A stretch of DNA of 64,000 bases. Origin: a virus. Its lineage: Duplodnaviria > Caudoviricetes. Shown here piece by piece: positions 57,301 to 64,000 of this stretch (position 1 is its first letter; every line of letters starts with the position of its first letter). The position numbers and the translations under genes are program-made. The stretch spans positions 32,001 through 96,000 of the IMG/VR virus record IMGVR_UViG_3300001598_001658, one strand, 5' to 3'. The notes beneath the pieces are model-generated. The model did no database searches and had not been told where the DNA came from. It worked only from the letters and a program-made list of their open reading frames with translations.

Positions 57301-60300
57301 CCTATTACAGCAGCAATGGAAGCAATATTATGTGCTAAATTATGTCTATCTTCTTTTTCTTCTTTAGTTTCTTTATCATTTTTCTGATCCTGATATGATC
57401 CTTCACTAGGAGCAGGTAATGCCAAAGTTCTATTATCCACATTAAGATTTTCTAATGTTCCGGAGAGTCTATCACCTATAGATTTTTTATCCCCAGCAGC
57501 AGCTTTTAAAGTTGCTTTTGGTGTTTTAGATACTTTAGATTTACTTTTATTTTCTTTACTCTTTATTTTTGTTACATCGGTTATTTTACCATTTTCATTT
57601 ATTTCTTGTTCAATGGCTTTTAATTCTTTGTAAGAATAAATCTCAAGAATATCATCTTCTGACATATTGAGCCGTGTAGTTAAATCACATCTATTAATTA
57701 TATCTAATCCTTGTTTCTTATGGCGTCGTTTTACTCCACTTAAAGATCTTTTATTATCTTTTGAAGATTTTTTATTATCGACTTTCTCAATTTTGATTCC
57801 GCCAATTTCATATACAGCATCTCGTACTTCTTCAATTTTTTCAATAATTTTTTTAACTGATTTAGAAGATATTTTTCCACCAGTTATTAAATTACCTGTA
57901 GATTTTATAACACCTTTTCCGAAATCGAGCGCATGAGATACTAAACCTTTGGTTTTATCTTTTATATCAAGTCCTTTTTCTTTAGCTAAATTAAGTAATT
58001 CTTCTCTAGATAAATTTTCTATTTTTTCTCTAGGTATTTCTAATTTTTTACTTATTTCATCTTTTAAAGTTTCTAAATCAGCTTTCTTACCAAACAAGAT
58101 ATCTTTACTTTTTGAAATAACTTTGCCTGTAAGAGTAGTAGCTGTTTTATCCCCCAAACCAATTGCGTCAAGTGCACTATTTACAAGACCATTGGTTTTA
58201 TTTGTTGTTTCGATACCATTCTCTTTAGCTAAATTAATCAAATCATCATGAGATAATTGTTTTAATTTTTTCAAACTAATTTTTGTTTTATCATGTATCT
58301 TTTCTATCAGTGTATCGTCATCGATATCAGTCGTTTTACCAAATAAGAATTCATTGCCTTTAGTTAAAATATTTCCTGTTAATCCACTTACGCCTTTTAA
58401 GCCTTTTTCAGCAAAATCTTTGACGTGTGTTAAAATTCCTTTTTCACGATCATTAACATCAATACCATTTTCTTTAGCCAATTTAATTAAATCATCATAC
58501 GACATTTCGTTCAATTCGCTTTTACTAATTTTCAATTTTTTACTTAATTGTTCAACGATTGGTTTGGTATCAACTATTTTCTTTTTACCAAACAAAATAT
58601 CTTTTCCTTTTCCAATAGTTCCAGATATAAGATTTTTACCTTTAGTAATTAAAGATTTTTCTTTTCTAATATCTTTAATCATCTTGATTATTTGTTCTTT
58701 ACTATATTTTTTACGAATATTTTCAATAGACATTCCAAGTCTTTCTTCAAGACCATATTTGATGATAAGATTCTCAACACTTTCTTTAGTCAAATCAAAT
58801 TTATCCTTAATAAAATCAACACCTTTTTTGCCAGCATTGAGTGTACCTTTGCCTATATTTTTAGCTAAATCCAAACCTTTATCGAGAGTTGTAGCTGCAA
58901 ATCCAAATACTTTTCCTGCCATATCTTTAGCTGTAGATCCTATTTTTCCAAAAAGACCAGATCCAACTACTCCAGGAATACCAATACCAAAACCTATTTT
59001 TTCAGTATTATCAGCAATTCGATTTGTATTATTGTATATAGCCATTAAGATATCTTTATTAGTTTTAAATTCAACGTTTGCTTTTCTAGAATCTGTTTTA
59101 TTTTCATCTTTTTTATGATTAAATAATTTATCAATTATAGATTCAAAGAAGTTATTAGAATCTTTACCATTGAAGAATTCATATTCGCGATCAACTCTTT
59201 CTTTTAATTTATTGAAGTTTTTAGGCAATTTAACTTCACCAGATGCAACGCTTCCAGCAGGATCGCTTTGGAAGAATGAGAGAGGCTTGCCTGTTATAAC
59301 TTCTTTATATTCATTATTTGTAGTATATGTACCATCTTCATTTTTAACAGCATTATCATATTTATGATCAAAATAATAAGATTTTTCATCACTGAGAGTT
59401 TTAACTTTATGTGATTTCATAAAATCTTTCTTTTCCTGTTCTATTTGACCAAGTAACGATTCGTCTGTTATTTTTTTATTTTCATTCCATCTTTCATCAA
59501 ATTCAAAATGTGGTTGGTCATTTTTACCAGCCCATTTAATACCATATTTAGCAGCAATAGAAGCAATTTTTCCATATTTCATGTTTCCGTTAATAAGATC
59601 AATAGCCCTACCAGTCATATGATTTGAAGAAAGTGTTCTGGCAACAATACCATTTTCTCCCATTGCATTTTTAATGCTTTCAGGGAAATATGTATCGTAA
59701 TCGAGACCAGCATAAAACATCAGCTGTTTTGTTATCTTTGGATCTACGCGACCTTTAGAATATAAAGCAAACTGACGCAATGGAGAACGAATAGAATCTT
59801 TAATTTGAATATTAGCGCCTTGTAATGCAGGATCAGCTAACATTTTATCTAAACGCAATTTAAATTCAGGATCAAGATGTTCCAAATGATCTTGACGATC
59901 TTTGAATTTATATCCTTCATGTGTGCTACTCTTAATTTTATTTGCAAATTCAAAAATAGCACTTTCATCACCAGAACTTAATAAAGCATCTATTTCATCT
60001 TTTGTTTTAGGTTCTTTAATAAAAAGATTACCCGCCGATTTAGGACTATTAATAGCTGCTAAATTTTTATATTTTAAAATTCCGGTATTTCTTGAATTAT
60101 CTTTTGTTTCTTTATTAAAAGATTTTAATTCCGATTTAGATTTATTTAAATTATCTAATAATTCTTTATGTACTTTAGCAATTTCATTTTCTTCATCTGA
60201 TCTTTCATCTTTATTATCTGAAAATAAACGTTTTCCATCTTCAGTATATTTATCAGAATTATCTTTATAAAATTGCTTTAATTTTTCTTCATTCTCTTTT

Positions 60301-63300
60301 ACATTATTATTAAGCTCTTCTCTCTTATCACTAATCTCTTTATTTATTCTTTTATATTCTTTTTTATTTTGACGCGAAATTGATCCATTTTTTGTATCAT
60401 TATCCATTTCATTAAATGAATATTCTTCGTTAACATCAAATGCATGTTTAGTTTTTTCTGTATAATATTCATCTCGATCATTTATATTTTCAATTTCACT
60501 ATTTATTTTAATCCGATTATTATGAAATCTACTATTGTTATCTCTTGCAAGACGATTATTTGATTTTAAATAAGTAGATACTTCATTTATATTTTTATAT
60601 TTTCCATCAATTACTTTAATACCTATATCTTTTATTAATTTTTTATCATCTGAATCCAAATTACCAATTTTACCATAATAAATATCGGTTTCTTCATCTA
60701 ATGAATCGACAATCATACCACCATTTTTAATAATATCTCGAGTTATTAAAAGCTTTGTTTTATCATCTAATGGTTCAAACCATACAGGATCAAGATATAC
60801 ATAAGCTCGTCCGTCGCCGCTTATATTGTTTAAAGTAGTACCTATTTTACTATATAAATCGCTACCCATAATCTGTTGTAAATATGTACCATTCTTTTTT
60901 ATCGATTCTTGTTTATCATATTTTTTCTTAATTTCTTTTTCTCGTTTTTTAGAAACAACAACATCTAATTTTTTAGATCCTTTTTCTGATATATCCTGTA
61001 TACTTTCTACGAGACTAGAAATAGACGATTGTTTTTCTTTTGATTTATTTTTCTTTTTACCAGAAATGGCGTTTTCAACATCTTTAAGCGTATCAACTCT
61101 AAGTGCTTTTCGTTTTTTAGCCTCTTCTAATGCTTCTTTTGTAATATCTTTAGAAACTCCACCATTATTTAAATAATCCTCAGTAGCTTCTTTACCTATA
61201 ATGCCATTCATTAACGATTCAAATGGATTCATTATTGCATTTGCAACATTATCAAATCCGATAAGATATCTCATTTTACCCATCATCGAATCGTCATCTG
61301 CTCCCATAAAATTATAAGAACGTCTGCGTTTTTCATCTTCTTCGGCTATAAGTCTAGAATTTTCAGAATTGCTTTTTCTGAGTTCTATTATATCATTTTC
61401 TTTTTTCTTTTTTTCTTCTTCAGTTTTATCTTTATATTTTTTATAATCCAAAGAAGTAACGCCAAGTTCATTGATTCTTCTATTATAATCTTTTAAATTT
61501 GTCTCAGGTGTTATAGGATAAACCTTTATACCATTTAATAGAAGATCATATATATTGTCAATACTACTTTTGACATTATCAGAAATTGAACCTACACTCG
61601 AATTTATATTTTGTGGTAATAAATCAACTTTTCCTACACGTTCACCATACATCGATTGTTCTGCAAGCAATTTATTTCGTCTAGCTGTCATTTTATTATA
61701 TTCATTTTTACCGGCTAAATCTTCATTATATTTAGATGAATATTGTAAATCGTAATCAATTTTTTCCCACTTTTCTTTTTCTTGCATTTCGGAAATAACA
61801 CTTTTATTTCCGAATTTAACCATAGATTCTTTAAATTGTTTAGATGTACTTTCGATTTCAGATGCAACTTTTAATATACTATTATTGATATCTCTTAAGT
61901 CACCAGGGGATAATGAAGAAATAGATTCTGCGATTAAATCTTTTATAGATTCTGTTTGTTCTCTATCTTCACCAATAGCTTCAAAACCTCTAAACATCTT
62001 ATCTCTATATTCTTTATTTTTAAATAATTCTATAGGATTAAGTTCTATTTTGGATTGGATTAAATTTTCTTTAAATTTATCCATCGCTTTCTGTATTTGT
62101 CTTTCATCAATATCAAAATTAGAATATTTATTATCATTTATTAATTTTCCACCAGTACCTTCTATAATAGACATACCTTTAGAAAATTTAACATTTCCAT
62201 TAATTACATTTTCGCGTATCTGATCATATTTTTCACTAATGCTTTTTTGTGTTTCGAATCTATGTGAATCATAATTATAATATTGAATTTCGCTTCCATT
62301 TAATGCATTTAAAATTTGAGCCAAATATCCAGGTATCGTTTCGGTAATGGTTTCTTTTGTTTTGCCGTCAAAAACTGTTTGTTGATCTAAGTCTGTCGTT
62401 GTAAGATCTATATTTTTATCGATAGCAGTATCCTGACCTAATAAATTTCCCATAAAACTTAAGAAACTATTATCACTATCTTTAAGTCTATTCATTTTAC
62501 TTACAATAGTGCCACCGATATTTCCATATAAATCATTTAATCGGCCTAATTTATTTTTAGTTTCGCTACCCAATAAATTATTGAATACAAAACTTTTAGC
62601 CATACTTCTTCCAATATCTAATGGATTTAATTTAAGTCCAGAATCTTTACCGATCATACCGGCCATACCAGACATCATATCATATGTCTGACCTAACTGC
62701 GTATTGGAAAACATATTCATTGCATTTTCTTTAATTTGTTTAGCATATTTATCCATACTAAATGAACCAATTCCACCAAACAAATTTAAATCTTCATTTT
62801 CTTCTAATTCAGCAAGTTCTTCTTCCGATTTAATACCTATTGCTCTATTATTAGCAGCTAAGATATCTTTTAATAAAGCACGCTGATCTGTTAAAAATGC
62901 TAAAGATTTGCTATCGTATTCGAGTTGAGCATTGATATTAGTTTTTCCATAATGCTCTAAGAAATCAGATAATCCATATATATTATTTGATATATTTGAT
63001 AAGATAGCAATAATATCTTTGAAATTAGAATTATCAATGTGTGTTTTTGTCTCAAAAAGTTTTTTATTATTTGAATTGATAGATGCTGTAGATGTTTCTT
63101 GTAATGCAGCATTTGCAGCTATATCACTTTCATCATTTGATTGATTCACTATGATAAGATTATTTTTGCGTCTAGGTCTTTTATAATTAAAAGACGTAGT
63201 CATTGATCCACTTGTATCTTCTTCTGTGGACTCTCCGACGTTCTCTTCATCATCATCATCCAAAAAAGCATCCATATCAATTTTAATATCTCTATTTGAG

Positions 63301-63734
63301 GTATAAAATTTACCACTTTTGATATTATTTTTTATTTCACCGAAAGCATTTTTAAAAGCACCTTTTGATTCTTCGGCACTTTCTTTGTTTGCTTTGTTAG
63401 ATAAATTGCTTTTAAATGAGCTAAGTCCTTCAAAAACTTTATCTTTCTTTTCAAGAAAAACGTCTTTGGAATCGCCTATAGCAGATTTAATGTCGTCTCC
63501 AAGACTAACAGCTTCTGGTAAAAATTCATCAACGAAATCTACACCAATACCTTTGATTGATTTCATTGTATTTACAAAGAAACCTTTGGCACCGCCAGGA
63601 CCATCTTCATTAGGATCGAATTTGAATCCTGCAAGATCGTCGTCATCATCATAGACAGAATCATCCAGAGGAAACATCTCATCATCGAATTCAAAGTCAT
63701 CATTATCTATATTCATATTACCTTTTTTAGCCAT
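54306..63734 (-). CDS. giant tape-measure-like virion protein with two M15 peptidase domains
   Basis: 3142 aa; G/A/K-rich helical repeats; FDGKTKETITETIPGYLAQI; two R...Q..YSKGR...SNH..G.A.D...PHFE domains. Confidence 0.7.
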   Translation of the reverse strand: MAKKGNMNIDNDDFEFDDEMFPLDDSVYDDDDDLAGFKFDPNEDGPGGAKGFFVNTMKSIKGIGVDFVDEFLPEAVSLGDDIKSAIGDSKDVFLEKKDKVFEGLSSFKSNLSNKANKESAEESKGAFKNAFGEIKNNIKSGKFYTSNRDIKIDMDAFLDDDDEENVGESTEEDTSGSMTTSFNYKRPRRKNNLIIVNQSNDESDIAANAALQETSTASINSNNKKLFETKTHIDNSNFKDIIAILSNISNNIYGLSDFLEHYGKTNINAQLEYDSKSLAFLTDQRALLKDILAANNRAIGIKSEEELAELEENEDLNLFGGIGSFSMDKYAKQIKENAMNMFSNTQLGQTYDMMSGMAGMIGKDSGLKLNPLDIGRSMAKSFVFNNLLGSETKNKLGRLNDLYGNIGGTIVSKMNRLKDSDNSFLSFMGNLLGQDTAIDKNIDLTTTDLDQQTVFDGKTKETITETIPGYLAQILNALNGSEIQYYNYDSHRFETQKSISEKYDQIRENVINGNVKFSKGMSIIEGTGGKLINDNKYSNFDIDERQIQKAMDKFKENLIQSKIELNPIELFKNKEYRDKMFRGFEAIGEDREQTESIKDLIAESISSLSPGDLRDINNSILKVASEIESTSKQFKESMVKFGNKSVISEMQEKEKWEKIDYDLQYSSKYNEDLAGKNEYNKMTARRNKLLAEQSMYGERVGKVDLLPQNINSSVGSISDNVKSSIDNIYDLLLNGIKVYPITPETNLKDYNRRINELGVTSLDYKKYKDKTEEEKKKKENDIIELRKSNSENSRLIAEEDEKRRRSYNFMGADDDSMMGKMRYLIGFDNVANAIMNPFESLMNGIIGKEATEDYLNNGGVSKDITKEALEEAKKRKALRVDTLKDVENAISGKKKNKSKEKQSSISSLVESIQDISEKGSKKLDVVVSKKREKEIKKKYDKQESIKKNGTYLQQIMGSDLYSKIGTTLNNISGDGRAYVYLDPVWFEPLDDKTKLLITRDIIKNGGMIVDSLDEETDIYYGKIGNLDSDDKKLIKDIGIKVIDGKYKNINEVSTYLKSNNRLARDNNSRFHNNRIKINSEIENINDRDEYYTEKTKHAFDVNEEYSFNEMDNDTKNGSISRQNKKEYKRINKEISDKREELNNNVKENEEKLKQFYKDNSDKYTEDGKRLFSDNKDERSDEENEIAKVHKELLDNLNKSKSELKSFNKETKDNSRNTGILKYKNLAAINSPKSAGNLFIKEPKTKDEIDALLSSGDESAIFEFANKIKSSTHEGYKFKDRQDHLEHLDPEFKLRLDKMLADPALQGANIQIKDSIRSPLRQFALYSKGRVDPKITKQLMFYAGLDYDTYFPESIKNAMGENGIVARTLSSNHMTGRAIDLINGNMKYGKIASIAAKYGIKWAGKNDQPHFEFDERWNENKKITDESLLGQIEQEKKDFMKSHKVKTLSDEKSYYFDHKYDNAVKNEDGTYTTNNEYKEVITGKPLSFFQSDPAGSVASGEVKLPKNFNKLKERVDREYEFFNGKDSNNFFESIIDKLFNHKKDENKTDSRKANVEFKTNKDILMAIYNNTNRIADNTEKIGFGIGIPGVVGSGLFGKIGSTAKDMAGKVFGFAATTLDKGLDLAKNIGKGTLNAGKKGVDFIKDKFDLTKESVENLIIKYGLEERLGMSIENIRKKYSKEQIIKMIKDIRKEKSLITKGKNLISGTIGKGKDILFGKKKIVDTKPIVEQLSKKLKISKSELNEMSYDDLIKLAKENGIDVNDREKGILTHVKDFAEKGLKGVSGLTGNILTKGNEFLFGKTTDIDDDTLIEKIHDKTKISLKKLKQLSHDDLINLAKENGIETTNKTNGLVNSALDAIGLGDKTATTLTGKVISKSKDILFGKKADLETLKDEISKKLEIPREKIENLSREELLNLAKEKGLDIKDKTKGLVSHALDFGKGVIKSTGNLITGGKISSKSVKKIIEKIEEVRDAVYEIGGIKIEKVDNKKSSKDNKRSLSGVKRRHKKQGLDIINRCDLTTRLNMSEDDILEIYSYKELKAIEQEINENGKITDVTKIKSKENKSKSKVSKTPKATLKAAAGDKKSIGDRLSGTLENLNVDNRTLALPAPSEGSYQDQKNDKETKEEKEDRHNLAHNIASIAAVIGTPQTIAAAAKETAMPNPDIGSLLMANYQNSEKQGELLEDIKNKPVGKGDGGGNSLSKWSKLGTAGGKIAAGIQTAGGVATIGAAAAGAAMLGKQVVNKFKTTKLDWKNSSVGEKVSGLFGAGGSGNYDNNGNEITDKNIKAGKGFGLNQAVHVATFAKGVSKLPAIFTKFSGLVAKLFKDPKLVAKIGGKAAADSVSKAFIKSMEKSLTKGGAKLIAKISSKITAFCAKISNGVGWAVMVAQLVYDIGTGMAEAPRYFKMGKGMKPTWPMRITAGLAKAISGNLTLGLIPPDAIANLVFGIIGSKATKEQMKSAEEFDKQRASIMEVEYGRLVEFETMTWTEIVFGQDKKRATILGFMKDKKDKGAIERFKTWFEKVYKPLDDMYKEMIKANGGKVDKKINPDDVAALDNQAKFREEYLKAAKAYMAKNKLSGLGPLGKGKSEEDEIKKHDEETAVVEKETDENNLAKENAEGTAELSKEGINLKSEETVVKPDLPDAKMDNEINTDISGSSKISVSNNEKPNPVSNAEGTAKPITGDNKDTNKENELQADGINFKKMTDSKYFAGWNTLAKLNESKSNALDKLTAVRNGIKPQKKGFKAGLKAVGGKLAKGAANLASKIVGASKNVASGATNIFSKIKGSANAIGEFVTRRKQMELELSSKFNDETGVNDVIALQKNIVDKNALGQQKSTSVLSPVFAERVEAFLKDPRVQGHGVSIRESYRPPATQLAYYSKGRSPSWVTDKLMKYAGFKDGINFWPKSFQKPGDYITWTLASNHFNGSAVDLEPGDIGYDKLGAIAKEYGIDWGGYWSTPDKPHFELGDPNFKLPNTPVGGSATVAQTQQADAINFRSTLKNVASNASKYISNIDYKKLPAKISNPLVLNGYKTVKNKAKETVSKLNEKGNALAEKSGVVTSNLVVAKFDELYNIASEGVEIMRELLNETKRHNQIEEVFYKNLMAGIAGIGAAIIASNNNGFSTAGSSTSITKGMFDKLANGL

Positions 63735-63819
63735 AATATTCCTCCAATTCTATCTATATAATAGAATCAATATTAGTATATAGAATAATGTTTTTGATAT
63801 ATTACAATATACAAAATAA

Positions 63820-63849
63820 AGATAGAAGGGAAGAAATTCCCTTCTATCT
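63820..63849 (-). terminator. intrinsic terminator
   Basis: Stem AGATAGAAGGGAA/TTCCCTTCTATCT. Confidence 0.75.
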
Positions 63850-63874
63850 ATAATAAACTAAAATTTATTCAAAA

Positions 63875-64000
63875 TTAGTTAGTTGTACCAGCCGCATTAT
63901 CTGTAGCTTCAGCACGTCCATCGATGTTACCTACAGTCTGATTATCGATTACACCCATTTCACCGAATGTACCTGCAGTTGTTCCCTGACGGAAACGAGC
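63875..64000 (-). CDS. C-terminal end of a gene entering from outside the window
   Basis: Open frame ARFRQGTTAGTFGEMG...AAGTTN* followed by a terminator. Confidence 0.6.
   Translation of the reverse strand, partial: ARFRQGTTAGTFGEMGVIDNQTVGNIDGRAEATDNAAGTTN

Noticed and set aside
1345-63654. Many antisense and out-of-frame ORFs in the track (e.g. 1345..1767, 18597..19244, 35774..36235, 58354..59118)
   Set aside because: They are shadows of long real genes, with S/F/L/I-rich composition from reverse-complemented Glu/Lys codons, and lack an RBS.
1-64000. Stop-codon reassignment, inteins/introns in RNAP, DNA polymerase or NrdD, and nucleus-shell or tubulin genes
   Set aside because: Conserved genes are intact in the standard code, no intein or intron signatures are seen, and no chimallin or PhuZ is recognisable in this window. 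Their absence elsewhere cannot be judged.

Overview
This is a very AT-rich 64-kb segment of a jumbo myophage of the phiKZ/AR9-like type, in the standard genetic code. It encodes three fragments of split multisubunit RNA polymerases: a beta' N-part with DFDGD, a small beta C-terminal subunit, and a beta' C-part followed by an SF2 helicase. It also encodes the catalytic half of a split family-B DNA polymerase, a probable portal, and a GroEL-like chaperonin. Nucleotide and lysis genes are class III RNR (nrdD/nrdG), thyA-folA, an M15 endolysin and a signal-peptide nuclease. Structural genes are probable head/internal proteins rich in S/A/G-x-E maturation motifs, baseplate proteins, and a 3142-aa tape-measure-like protein with two M15 peptidase domains. 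Two tRNAs (Asn-GTT, Lys-TTT) are present. The most interesting signals lie outside the ORF track. (1) An ~850-nt, densely base-paired, ORF-free RNA (27530-28390) has its own putative promoter and terminator and sits between two divergent RNAP genes. (2) An ~900-nt ncRNA cluster (1921-2810) contains a 250-nt structured RNA and long-stem hairpins with C-rich loops interleaved with the tRNAs. (3) An in-phase T TTT TTT -1 frameshift site would fuse ORF 18550-20376 to a start-less downstream frame. (4) There are two phage promoter classes, ATATATTAT and AR9-like AACA-N6-TA, the latter in a phage that encodes thymidylate synthase. (5) A 39-nt hairpin leader is duplicated in front of two genes. Product calls come from motifs recognised by eye; no database searches or folding programs were run.
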